The notes under the pieces were generated by a model, which did not search any database, was not told the origin of the DNA, and saw only the letters and a list, made by a program, of their open reading frames with translations. From assembly GCA_038525525.1 (NCBI GenBank), contig JBCBHO010000003.1, positions 572,165 to 636,164 on the forward strand: a stretch of DNA of 64,000 nt. The letters run 5' to 3'. The translations under genes and the position numbers were made by a program. Positions 42,830 to 51,907 of this stretch are shown piece by piece (the stretch's first letter is position 1; each line of letters starts with the position of its first letter). The stretch comes from Pseudomonadota bacterium. Its GTDB lineage: Bacteria > Pseudomonadota > Alphaproteobacteria > Rhodobacterales > Rhodobacteraceae.

Positions 42830-43974
42830 ACGTGCAGAACCCCAAACACATGAACGGCAACCATTCCGAGACGTCGCTTCACGGCACGAACGAAGCGCTG
42901 AGCGAGATCGCCGAGCGCGGCGCAGTGAAAAGCGATGCAGAGGCCACCGAGGTGGCCATGCAGGACACGCTGCTCACGCCGCGCTTCTACACCACCGACT
43001 TCGACGAGATGGACGCCATCGACGTCACCTCTGTGCGCGCGGACTGGGACCAGCTCATTGGCGAGATGGTCGCAGATCCCAACAAGGGGCACTTCAAGAA
43101 GAACGAGGACTGGGACCACGTGGACTGGGACGGCATGGAGCCCAAGCTCAAGGCCGAGTTCATCGACTTCCTGATCTCGTCCTGCACGGCGGAATTCTCC
43201 GGCTGCGTGCTCTACAAGGAGATGAAGCGGCGGGGCTCCAACAAGGACATCACCCAGCTCTTCCAGCTCATGGCCCGCGACGAGGCCCGCCACGCGGGCT
43301 TCATCAACGACGCGCTGCGCGAAGCGGGGATCAAGGTGAACCTGGGCTTCCTGACCCAGCAGAAGAAGTACACCTACTTCCGGCCGAAGTTCATCTACTA
43401 CGCCACCTATCTGAGCGAGAAGATCGGCTACGCGCGCTACATCACGATCTTCCGCCATCTGCAGGCGAACCCTGAGCACCGCTTCCACCCGATCTTCAAG
43501 TGGTTCGAGGAATGGTGCAACGACGAGTTCCGCCACGGCGAGGCCTTCGCGCTTCTCATGAAGACGGACCCGAAGCTCACGCAGGGCGGCAACCGGCTCT
43601 GGATCAAGTTCTTCTTGACGGCGGTCTATTCCACCATGTGGGTCCGCGACCATCAGCGCCCCGCATTCCATGCGGCGCTCGGCGTCGATGAGGAATGGTA
43701 CGGGCAGGAGGTCTTCACCAAGACATCCGAGCTCACGAAGCAGATCTTCCCCTTCACGCTCGACATCGACAGCCCGCGCTGGAAACCGGCGCTGCGGCGG
43801 ATGGAGAAAGCGTCGCGCCAGGTGGCGCGGGGCAAGAAGGCGGGCGGCCTGGGCGGTGCCCTCGACCGCGTGCTGGGATCCGCCAAGGCCGCGGCGGCGT
43901 TCGTGGCGCTCTACACGATCCCCGTTGTGCGCCATGAGGTGCCGGAGAGCACGCGGCTGGAGCCGGCCTACTGA
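42826..43974 (+). CDS. acsF: aerobic Mg-protoporphyrin IX monomethyl ester oxidative cyclase
   Basis: Di-iron protein with motifs DTLLTPRFYTTDFDEMD, ARDEARHAGF and CNDEFRHGEAF. Confidence 0.94.
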   Translation: MNVQNPKHMNGNHSETSLHGTNEALSEIAERGAVKSDAEATEVAMQDTLLTPRFYTTDFDEMDAIDVTSVRADWDQLIGEMVADPNKGHFKKNEDWDHVDWDGMEPKLKAEFIDFLISSCTAEFSGCVLYKEMKRRGSNKDITQLFQLMARDEARHAGFINDALREAGIKVNLGFLTQQKKYTYFRPKFIYYATYLSEKIGYARYITIFRHLQANPEHRFHPIFKWFEEWCNDEFRHGEAFALLMKTDPKLTQGGNRLWIKFFLTAVYSTMWVRDHQRPAFHAALGVDEEWYGQEVFTKTSELTKQIFPFTLDIDSPRWKPALRRMEKASRQVARGKKAGGLGGALDRVLGSAKAAAAFVALYTIPVVRHEVPESTRLEPAY

Positions 43975-44005
43975 TGGCGGGCCGCGCGCGCCTTGACACA
44001 TCGGA

Positions 44006-44024
44006 TCTGGGGCTCTGCCCCAGA
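44006..44024 (+). promoter_or_regulatory. intercistronic stem-loop between acsF and puhE
   Basis: TCTGGGGC-TCT-GCCCCAGA. Confidence 0.45.
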
Positions 44025-44062
44025 CCCAGATGTATGTCGCGAAGGATCAAGGGGTGCGCTCC

Positions 44063-44872
44063 ATGACGGCCCTCGCGGCTCTCCTCGTCGCGCTCATGGC
44101 GTGGTGGGTGGGGACGGGTGTGATCCTCCTCGCCGTGCGCCGTGCTGATGTGGCGGGCGCTGGGCCGCTCGGGCTCGTGCTTGGCGGTCTGCCGTTCCTC
44201 GTGTTCGGGCTCGTGGGAGTGCCGGTGGCAGCGGGCGATGCCAGCGTGGCGGGGCTCTACGGAGGCTTCTTCGCGGCGCTGGCGCTTTGGGGCTGGATCG
44301 AGCTTTCCTTCATGTCGGGGCTCATCACCGGGCCGAACCGGGCGCCTCTGGCGCCGGGCGCCACGGGGCTTGCGCGGGTCTGGGCGGCGTGGTGGGCCGT
44401 GGCCTGGCACGAAGTGCTGCTCCTCGCGGGGCTCGTCTACGTCCTGTGGGCCACCGCCGACGGCGCGCAAGCCATGGCGGGCTGGACCTTCGGCGTGCTT
44501 TACGGCGCGCGGGTTTTGGCCAAGCTCAACCTCTTTCTCGGCGTGCCGGGCATCAACCACGATGCCGTGCCGCGCGCGCTCTCGCATATCCCGTCCTACT
44601 TCAGGCAGGGGGATCCCTCGGTCCTTTTTCCAATCTCCGTCATCATCCTCTCGCTGGGCACGGCGCTCTGGCTCTCCCGGCTCGCGGGGGCGGGAAGCGT
44701 GGAGGAGACGGTCACCTTCGGATTGCTGTCCGCGCTCACGGGGCTCGCGCTCCTCGAGCACTGGATGATGCTCCTGCCCATGGCGGACACGAAACTATGG
44801 CGCTGGCTCATGCCCTCCCGCGGCGAGGCGCGCCCAACTCCCGGTCAACCCGGCCCCCAAGAACAGGGATAG
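44063..44872 (+). CDS. puhE: photosynthetic complex assembly protein PuhE
   Basis: Polytopic membrane protein after acsF. The ATG at 44063 (AAGGGG 8 nt upstream) is preferred over the ATG at 44030, which abuts the hairpin. Confidence 0.8.
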   Translation: MTALAALLVALMAWWVGTGVILLAVRRADVAGAGPLGLVLGGLPFLVFGLVGVPVAAGDASVAGLYGGFFAALALWGWIELSFMSGLITGPNRAPLAPGATGLARVWAAWWAVAWHEVLLLAGLVYVLWATADGAQAMAGWTFGVLYGARVLAKLNLFLGVPGINHDAVPRALSHIPSYFRQGDPSVLFPISVIILSLGTALWLSRLAGAGSVEETVTFGLLSALTGLALLEHWMMLLPMADTKLWRWLMPSRGEARPTPGQPGPQEQG

Positions 44873-44875
44873 ACG

Positions 44876-46087
44876 ATGAACTTCGACCAGATTTTTGAAG
44901 ACCAGTTGAAGACGTTGAAAGACGAAGGAAACTATCGGTACTTCGCCGAGCTCGAGCGCTGTTGCGAGAAGTTTCCCAAGGCCGCCAATCACGGCCCCGA
45001 CGGGGTGCGCGACGTGACCGTCTGGTGTTCCAACGACTATCTCGGCATGGGCCAGAACCCGAAGGTCATCGCCGCCATGCAGGAGGCCGTTGCGCGCTGC
45101 GGCACCGGCGCGGGCGGGACACGCAACATCTCGGGCACGAACCACGATCACCTGCTCCTCGAGCGCGAGGTGGCCGATCTCCACGGCAAGGAAGCGGGTC
45201 TCCTCTTCACCTCGGGCTACATCTCGAACTGGGCCACGCTGTCGACCTTGGGCGCGCGCATCCCCGATGTCGTTATCTTCTCCGACAGCGAGAACCACGC
45301 CTCCATGATCGAGGGCATCCGGCATTCGAAGGCCGACAAGGTGATCTGGAGGCACAACGACGCAAAAGACCTCGACCGCAAGCTCGCCGCGGTGGGTGAC
45401 CGCCCCAAGCTCGTCGCCTTCGAGAGCGTCTATTCCATGGATGGCGACATCTGCCCCATGGAGGAGATCCTCGATGTCTGTGAAAAGCACGGCGCGCTGA
45501 CCTACCTCGACGAGGTCCATGCCGTGGGCATGTACGGGCCCCGCGGCGGCGGCGTGAGCGAGGAGCGCGGGCTGGCGCATCGCATCGACATCATCGAGGG
45601 CACGCTGGGCAAGGCTTTCGGCTGCGTGGGCGGCTATATCACGGGCTCCGCAGCCATCTGCGACTTCGTCCGGTCCTTCGCCTCGGGCTTCATCTTCACC
45701 ACGGCCCTGCCGCCCGCCGTGGCCGCCGCGGCGCGTACCTCCATCGCGCATCTCAAGGAGAGCCAGATCGAGCGGGCCGGGCAGCGTCGGCAAGTGGCCA
45801 AGCTCCGTGCCGCCCTCGAGCGCGCGGGCATCCCCTACATGAAGAACGAGAGCCACATCGTGCCAGTCATGATCGGGGATCCGAAGAAGACCCGGATGAT
45901 CTCCGACTACCTGATGGAGACGTTCGGCATCTATGTGCAGCCGATCAACTACCCCACCGTGCCCAAGGGGACGGAACGGCTCCGCTTCACGCCCTCGCCG
46001 CTTCATTCCGACGCCGAAATCGAGCGATTGGCCGGTGCGCTCAGCACGCTTTGGGAACAATGCGCGCTCGCACGCGCTGTAGCATAG
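44876..46087 (+). CDS. hemA: 5-aminolevulinate synthase
   Basis: 403 aa: [28 protein letters not shown]... The PLP-lysine context is SVYSMDGD...TLGKAFG. Confidence 0.95.
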   Translation: MNFDQIFEDQLKTLKDEGNYRYFAELERCCEKFPKAANHGPDGVRDVTVWCSNDYLGMGQNPKVIAAMQEAVARCGTGAGGTRNISGTNHDHLLLEREVADLHGKEAGLLFTSGYISNWATLSTLGARIPDVVIFSDSENHASMIEGIRHSKADKVIWRHNDAKDLDRKLAAVGDRPKLVAFESVYSMDGDICPMEEILDVCEKHGALTYLDEVHAVGMYGPRGGGVSEERGLAHRIDIIEGTLGKAFGCVGGYITGSAAICDFVRSFASGFIFTTALPPAVAAAARTSIAHLKESQIERAGQRRQVAKLRAALERAGIPYMKNESHIVPVMIGDPKKTRMISDYLMETFGIYVQPINYPTVPKGTERLRFTPSPLHSDAEIERLAGALSTLWEQCALARAVA

Positions 46088-46182
46088 CAAGACGCATAAA
46101 ATTTCCCCAGAATGTGGACGGGCGGCCTTTACCCCAGCCTTCGCGCGGCTAGGTGCCTCCACGGAACGCAAAGGAGTACACT

Positions 46183-46692
46183 ATGAAACTCACACGTCGT
46201 GAACAGCTTGCCCTCATGGGCGGCGCACTGACCGCAACGGCCCTCCCGGCCTCCCTTTCCGCGGACAGTCACGCGGCCGCCGAGCCGACGACGCACGTCG
46301 TCGAGATGCTGAACCAGGATCCCGACAACCCGCGCGAGCGCCAGATCTATTCACCCGCAGTGCTGCGCATGCAGCCGGGCGACACCGTGCGCTTTGTCTC
46401 CGTGGACCGGGGTCACAACGCCCAGTCCAACGAAGACTATTCGCCAGAGGGCGGCACCGAATGGGCGTCTGCCATCAACGAGGACTTCGAGGTCACGATC
46501 GACGTCGAAGGTGCCTACATGTACGAGTGCCAGCCGCACGCGTCCGCAGGCATGATCGGCCTCCTGCTCGTCGGCGATGTCTCGGGCAACTACGAAGATC
46601 TCAAGGGTGAGCGCTTCCGTGGCCGGGCCCGCCAGCGCGCGGAGCAATATTTCGAGGAGGCGGACGCCATCCTCGCGGAAGAATCCGCGTAA
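46183..46692 (+). CDS. pseudoazurin (type-1 blue copper protein) with a Tat-like signal peptide
   Basis: The copper ligand pattern is H(DRGHN)...C-QP-H-ASAG-M. The signal is MKLTRREQLALMGGALTATALPASLSA. AAGGAG lies 6 nt upstream of the ATG at 46183. Confidence 0.82.
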   Translation: MKLTRREQLALMGGALTATALPASLSADSHAAAEPTTHVVEMLNQDPDNPRERQIYSPAVLRMQPGDTVRFVSVDRGHNAQSNEDYSPEGGTEWASAINEDFEVTIDVEGAYMYECQPHASAGMIGLLLVGDVSGNYEDLKGERFRGRARQRAEQYFEEADAILAEESA

Positions 46693-46713
46693 CCGCGCCG
46701 GATATCCTGGAAG

Positions 46714-46740
46714 CGGGGGCCCTCAGGGGCCCCCGTTTTC
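46714..46740. terminator. rho-independent terminator between convergent genes
   Basis: CGGGGGCCC-TCAG-GGGCCCCCG followed by TTTT. Confidence 0.7.
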
Positions 46741-46803
46741 GTTTGGGGTTAATCAAGGTCGTGTGTGAGGTGAATTGGGGCGTTGGATCGCCATGCTGGC
46801 CGA

Positions 46804-47403
46804 TCACCAGAAGCGCAATCGTTCCCACGTCGTCACCGCGTCGAGCGTGAGCGGCGCGTCAGGGCCCACGGATACGGTGCGCGCGCTGATTTCCCGGCCC
46901 TCGAGGAATTCGGTCATCTCGACCTCCATCTCTCGCGGGAAGGTAAGCGAGAGCGGCGCGCGCCCCTCTACGTCCCACGCGATGAAGCCCGCGTAAGTCG
47001 ACAGCTCTCCCAGCTCGAAGCGCGCATTGGGATCGGTGACGTTGCAGACCGCCATGGCGATCCAGCCGTCGATCGGATCATCGAAATCCACAGGCAGACT
47101 GTCGGGATGCACCATGAGCGACATGGCCTCCACCAGCGCGATCTCTCCGCCGATTACCGTTTCGATATCCGCCCAGAGCTCGTCGCCATAGATGTAGGTC
47201 CCCTCGCGGAAGGGCGCGATGTCCACGAGACCCTCTGCATCGAGAAAGCCTGCCGGCAGCGGCGCGAGCAACGCCTCCGTCTCCAGCGTCTCGAACTTGA
47301 CGAACATCTCAACCCCGCGCTCCGTCCGGTCGACGAGAAGCGTCAGGTCCGCCGCCGAAGCAGGCAGGGACGTGGAAAGAAAAAGGGCGAGCGTCGTTCG
47401 CAT
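46804..47403 (-). CDS. secreted acidic hypothetical protein
   Basis: 199 aa with a Sec signal peptide (MRTTLALFLSTSLPASAADL). The frame looks coding-like, but I recognise no family. Confidence 0.55.
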   Translation of the reverse strand: MRTTLALFLSTSLPASAADLTLLVDRTERGVEMFVKFETLETEALLAPLPAGFLDAEGLVDIAPFREGTYIYGDELWADIETVIGGEIALVEAMSLMVHPDSLPVDFDDPIDGWIAMAVCNVTDPNARFELGELSTYAGFIAWDVEGRAPLSLTFPREMEVEMTEFLEGREISARTVSVGPDAPLTLDAVTTWERLRFW

Positions 47404-47581
47404 GCCCCATACTTATGGGACAAGTGGGCGCTGACAACACCCCGCCGCCCTTTGCGATTGCTGGGAACCCGCCCGTGCCGTACACCCCACGCGACGAGGT
47501 GAACCACCCAGCACGGAGGGCCCCGCGCGCCGACCCAAGACGGGGGCGCAGAGGGCCGCGTCAGACGCGCCGCGCGGGCAG

Positions 47582-48229
47582 ATGGGACGGATGATGAGGC
47601 CATACGAGCGCGACCCGGCGGCGATCTATGCCCAGAGCTTTGCGACCGTGCGGAGCGAGGCCCGCCTCGAGCGCTTCCCGCCCGATATGGAGCCGCTTGT
47701 GATCCGGCTAATCCATGCCTGCGGGATGGTGGACATCGCCGATCGCTTGGCTTTCTCGCCGGATGCAGCAAGTGCGGGGCAGGCCGCGCTGGCGCAGGGC
47801 GCGCCCATTCTCTGCGATTGCGAGATGGTGGGGGCGGGCATCATCCGCCGCACGCTCAAGGGCAACGATGTCATCGTGACGCTCAACGAGACAGGCGTCC
47901 CCGCCGACGCCAAGGCCCGCGGGACGACGCGGAGCGCGGCCGCCGTGGAGCTCTGGAGCCCGCAGCTTGAGGGCGCGGTTGTGGCCATCGGCAACGCACC
48001 TACCGCGCTCTTTCACCTGCTCGAGATGATCGAGGCCGGCGCACCGCGCCCCGCCGTGATCCTCGGCTTTCCCGTGGGCTTTGTCGGCGCGGCTGAAAGC
48101 AAGGCCGAGCTCGCCGGCAATCCGCGCGGATGCGCCTTCGTCACCCTACGCGGGCGCCGCGGCGGCTCGGCCATGGCCTCGGCGGCGGTCAACGCGCTCG
48201 CGGCGGGTCTCGATGGAGGCGTCGCATGA
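47582..48229 (+). CDS. cobH: precorrin-8X methylmutase
   Basis: 215 aa with AAIYAQSFATVRSEARLERFP...IRLIHACGM, typical of CobH/CbiC. Confidence 0.9.
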   Translation: MGRMMRPYERDPAAIYAQSFATVRSEARLERFPPDMEPLVIRLIHACGMVDIADRLAFSPDAASAGQAALAQGAPILCDCEMVGAGIIRRTLKGNDVIVTLNETGVPADAKARGTTRSAAAVELWSPQLEGAVVAIGNAPTALFHLLEMIEAGAPRPAVILGFPVGFVGAAESKAELAGNPRGCAFVTLRGRRGGSAMASAAVNALAAGLDGGVA

Positions 48230-49410
48230 GCCTTCATGTCATTGGCATCGGCGCAAGCGGGCTGGAGAGCCTCGCGCCCTCGGCCCGTGCCGCGCTCGAT
48301 GCGGCGGAATTCATCGTGGGCGGTGCGCGTCACCATGCCCTCACGGCCACGATCGAGGCCGAGCGGATCTCGTGGCCCTCGCCCTTCGACGCGCTGGTCT
48401 CTCAGCTCGAAGACCTCGTCGAGCGGCGCGTAGCCGTCCTCGCCACGGGCGATCCACTCTGGTTCTCTGTGGGTGAGAAGCTCGCCAAGGCGTTCCCGGG
48501 CGCGGTCTTCCACCCGCAGCTTTCGGCCTTTCAGCTCGCCGCCGCGCGCATGGGCTGGCCGATGGGCGCAGTAGAGAAGCTCAGCATTCACGGGCGGCCC
48601 GTGGAGGTAATCCTGCCCTTCCTGCGCCCCGGGGGGCGGCTCCTCCTCCTCACAAGCGGGTCCGAATGTCCGGGCCGCGTGGCAGAGCTCCTGGTCGACC
48701 GTGGCTTTGGCCGCTCGATGCTGACCGTGCTCTCCGATCTTGGGGGGGACGAGCGCCGCATCGCGTGCACCGCCGAGGACTGGAAGGACCCGGCGCCCAG
48801 TTTCCACACGCTGGCCCTAGACCTCGTCGCCGGAGGCGATGCGCAGGTTTTGCCGCGGAGTTTCGGCCTGCCTGACGAGGCCTTTGACAGCGACGGGACC
48901 ATGACGAAGCGCGAGATTCGCGCCCTGACGCTCGCGGCCCTTGCCCCGGCGCCGCGCGCTCTTCTCTGGGATGTCGGCACGGGAGCGGGCTCCGTGGCCA
49001 TCGAATGGATGCGCGCGGCGCGGGGCGCGCGGGCCATCGGCATCGAGCCCCGCGCGGAGCGGCGCGCCCTCGCCGCCGCCAATGCCACGGCCCTCGGCGT
49101 GCCGGGGCTTGAGTTCGTCGCGGGAGACGCCCCGGCGGCGCTCGAGAGTCTTCCCGCCCCGGACGCCATCTTCTTCGGCGGGGGCCTGTCCGAGCCAGCA
49201 TTCACGCGCGCCTGGAACGCGCTGAAGCCCCATGGCCGCCTCGTGGCCAACGCGGTCACCCTCGAAACCGAGGCGACCCTCGCGGCGCTACACGGGGAAC
49301 ATGGAGGCGCACTCACGCGGATCTCGATCCAGCGCGCAGAGCCTGTGGGCCGCCTGACTGGCTGGAAACCCGCCATGCCCGTGACCCAGCTTACCCTGGT
49401 GAAGCCGTGA
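48226..49410 (+). CDS. cobL: precorrin-6Y C5,15-methyltransferase (decarboxylating)
   Basis: 394 aa from MSLHVIGIGASG, with fused CbiE and CbiT-like halves (LWDVGTGAGSVAIE). It has an ATGA overlap with cobH. Confidence 0.88.
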   Translation: MSLHVIGIGASGLESLAPSARAALDAAEFIVGGARHHALTATIEAERISWPSPFDALVSQLEDLVERRVAVLATGDPLWFSVGEKLAKAFPGAVFHPQLSAFQLAAARMGWPMGAVEKLSIHGRPVEVILPFLRPGGRLLLLTSGSECPGRVAELLVDRGFGRSMLTVLSDLGGDERRIACTAEDWKDPAPSFHTLALDLVAGGDAQVLPRSFGLPDEAFDSDGTMTKREIRALTLAALAPAPRALLWDVGTGAGSVAIEWMRAARGARAIGIEPRAERRALAAANATALGVPGLEFVAGDAPAALESLPAPDAIFFGGGLSEPAFTRAWNALKPHGRLVANAVTLETEATLAALHGEHGGALTRISIQRAEPVGRLTGWKPAMPVTQLTLVKP

Positions 49411-50114
49411 CGGCGCCCGGCACGCTTTATGGCGTGGGCGTGGGTCCCGGCGACCCCGAGCTCATGACCCTCAAGGCCGCGCGCCTCATCTCGGCCTGCC
49501 CGGTCATCGCCTATCCGACGCTCGCGGGCGCCGAGAGCTTCGCCCGCCGCATCGCCCGGGACCTCATCACCGAGGAGCACGCGGAGATCACAATGGACGT
49601 GCCCATGACGCCGGAGCGCGCGCCGGCCCAAGTTGCCTATGACGAAGGCGCGGAGAGGATCGCTGGCGCGCTGCGGCGCGGGCAGGACGTGGCTTGCCTC
49701 TGCGAGGGCGACCCCTTCTTCTACGGCTCTTTCATGTATATTTTCGCTCGCCTTGCATCGGAATTCGACACATTTGTCATTCCCGGCATCACGAGCGTCA
49801 CGGCCTGCGCGGCCCGCGCGGGGATGCCGATCGCAGCGCGCAACGAGCGTGTGACGGTGCTGCCCGGCCCGCTCCCGGAAGCGGAGCTCGAGGCGCGCAT
49901 CGCCGGGGCCGAAAGCGTCGTCATTATGAAGATCGGGCGCCATCTCGCCAAGATACGCGGCGTGATGGAGCGGCTCGGCGTGCTCGGCGACGCCGTGTAC
50001 GTGGAGCGCGCCACGCTGCCCGAGGAGCGCGTTCTGCCCCTCGCGGAGGCCCCCGATCCCGCGCCATACTTTTCCATGATCCTTCTTACGAAAGGGGCCG
50101 ATCCATGGCTCTGA
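49407..50114 (+). CDS. cobI: precorrin-2 C20-methyltransferase
   Basis: 235 aa tetrapyrrole methylase (LYGVGVGPGDPELMTLKA) with a GTG start overlapping the cobL stop. Confidence 0.88.
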   Translation: MTAPGTLYGVGVGPGDPELMTLKAARLISACPVIAYPTLAGAESFARRIARDLITEEHAEITMDVPMTPERAPAQVAYDEGAERIAGALRRGQDVACLCEGDPFFYGSFMYIFARLASEFDTFVIPGITSVTACAARAGMPIAARNERVTVLPGPLPEAELEARIAGAESVVIMKIGRHLAKIRGVMERLGVLGDAVYVERATLPEERVLPLAEAPDPAPYFSMILLTKGADPWL

Positions 50115-51907
50115 CCCCCGTCATCCTTGCGCTGTCTGCGTCCGGCGCGCCGGTGGCGCGGCGCATCGCAGAGGCCCTCGGGGCCCCGGTCCATGGCCGC
50201 GCCGGACGCGTGGAAAAGGCGGATGCCTTCTTCGACAATGCCCTCGATCACGCGCGCGATCTCTTTGCCGCCGGGCGGCCGATCATCGGGGTTTGCGCGT
50301 CTGGCATCCTGATTCGCGCCGTGGCGCCGCTCTTGGCCGACAAGCGCGCCGAGCCACCTGTGATCAGTGTCTCCGACGATGGGCGCGTCGTGGTGCCTCT
50401 CCTCGGCGGGCATCGCGGTGCCAACCGTCTGGCGCGCGACATCGCGGAGGCCCTGGGCGGGACAGCGGCGGTGACGACGGCGGGAGATGTCTCCCTCGGT
50501 GTCGCGCTCGACGAGCCGCCCGCCGGGTGGCGGCTGGCCAATCCGGAGGCCGCACAGGGGGCGATGGCCGCGCTTCTGAGCGGCGGCGGGGCGCGGATCG
50601 AGGGGGCTGCGCCGTGGCTCGATCTGCCGGAGGGGGATGCCGTGACGATCGCGGCCACGGACGCGCCCGCGCCCGGGGCGACGCTTCATTTTGCGCCGCT
50701 GCGGGTCTCGGTGGGCGTGGGCTCCGCGCGGAATTGCGACCCCGCCGAACTGGAGGAGCTCGTCCTCAGTGAACTGGCTGCCGCCGGGATCGATCCCGCG
50801 GCGGTTCATTCGGTGAACACCATCGCGCTCAAGGCCGACGAGCCCGCCATCCTCGCGCTGGCAAAGACGCTGGACGCCCCCCTGCGCCTCTTCTCCTCTG
50901 AAGAACTCGAAGCGCAGAGCGCCCGCATTAAAACGCCATCCGACATCGTTTTCGCGGAAGTGGGGACGCATTCCGTCGCCGAGGCTGCCTCGCTCTGCCA
51001 GTCGAAGACGTCGGTGCTCCTGCGGCCCAAATCCAAGACGCGGAACGCCACCTGTGCAATCTCTCGTGCGCCGGAGCCGCTGACAGCTCTGAAAGGCCGC
51101 CCGCGGGGCCGCCTCTCGATCGTGGGCATCGGCCCGGGGCAAGCTTCCTGGCGGACGCCGGAGGTGAGCCGCCTCGTCGCCGACGCCGAAGAGCTTGTGG
51201 GATACGGCCTCTATATCGACTTGTTGGGCCCGCTCGCGCAGGGCAAGGCGCGCGCGGATTTTCCGCTCGGCGGGGAGGAGGCGCGCTGCCGCTACGCGCT
51301 CGAACGGGCCGGGGAGGGGCGCAACGTGGCCCTCGTCTGCTCCGGCGATGCCGGGATCTACGCCATGGGGGCCCTTGTCTTCGAGTTGCTGGACCGGACC
51401 GACCACGGGGTGGGCGATGCCGCACGCCGCGTGGAAGTGATCTGCTCTCCCGGCGTCTCTGCCCTTCAGGGCGCGGCCGCCCGGGCCGGGGCGCCGCTGG
51501 GCCACGATTTCTGCGCCATCTCGCTGAGTGACCTGCTGACGCCGCGCGAAGACATCCTGCGCCGCATTCAGGCGGCGGCGGAGGGAGACTTCGTGATCGC
51601 GTTCTACAATCCGGTGTCGCAACGGCGGCGCACCCTTCTTGCGGAGGCGCGGGACATTCTCCTCGCCCACCGACCGCCGGAGACGCCCGTGATGCTGGCA
51701 GCGTCGCTGGGCCGGCCGGAGGAGAGCGTGCGCTACCGGCCACTGGCCGAGCTCGACGTCGACGAGGTCGACATGCTGACGACCGTGCTCGTGGGATCGT
51801 CCCAATCGAGGCTTGCTACGCTGGGCGAGGGGCCGCGGATGTACACGCCGCGCGGCTATGCGCGGAAGATAGATGGCGATTTGAGCGTGATAGGGGGCGA
51901 TAAATGA
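50105..51907 (+). CDS. cobJ: fused CbiG-like hydrolase / precorrin-3B C17-methyltransferase
   Basis: 600 aa from MALTPVILALS. The CbiG N- and C-domains are followed by a tetrapyrrole methylase domain (LSIVGIGPGQASW). The start lies inside track ORF 49694..51907. Confidence 0.82.
   Translation: MALTPVILALSASGAPVARRIAEALGAPVHGRAGRVEKADAFFDNALDHARDLFAAGRPIIGVCASGILIRAVAPLLADKRAEPPVISVSDDGRVVVPLLGGHRGANRLARDIAEALGGTAAVTTAGDVSLGVALDEPPAGWRLANPEAAQGAMAALLSGGGARIEGAAPWLDLPEGDAVTIAATDAPAPGATLHFAPLRVSVGVGSARNCDPAELEELVLSELAAAGIDPAAVHSVNTIALKADEPAILALAKTLDAPLRLFSSEELEAQSARIKTPSDIVFAEVGTHSVAEAASLCQSKTSVLLRPKSKTRNATCAISRAPEPLTALKGRPRGRLSIVGIGPGQASWRTPEVSRLVADAEELVGYGLYIDLLGPLAQGKARADFPLGGEEARCRYALERAGEGRNVALVCSGDAGIYAMGALVFELLDRTDHGVGDAARRVEVICSPGVSALQGAAARAGAPLGHDFCAISLSDLLTPREDILRRIQAAAEGDFVIAFYNPVSQRRRTLLAEARDILLAHRPPETPVMLAASLGRPEESVRYRPLAELDVDEVDMLTTVLVGSSQSRLATLGEGPRMYTPRGYARKIDGDLSVIGGDK

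Noticed and set aside
47404-47581. Possible cobalamin riboswitch in the 178-nt leader of cobH
   Set aside because: I could not find the B12 box (approximately AGYCMGGAGACCKGCC) or the GCCACTG/GGGAA core arrangement on either strand. This needs a covariance-model scan to be certain.
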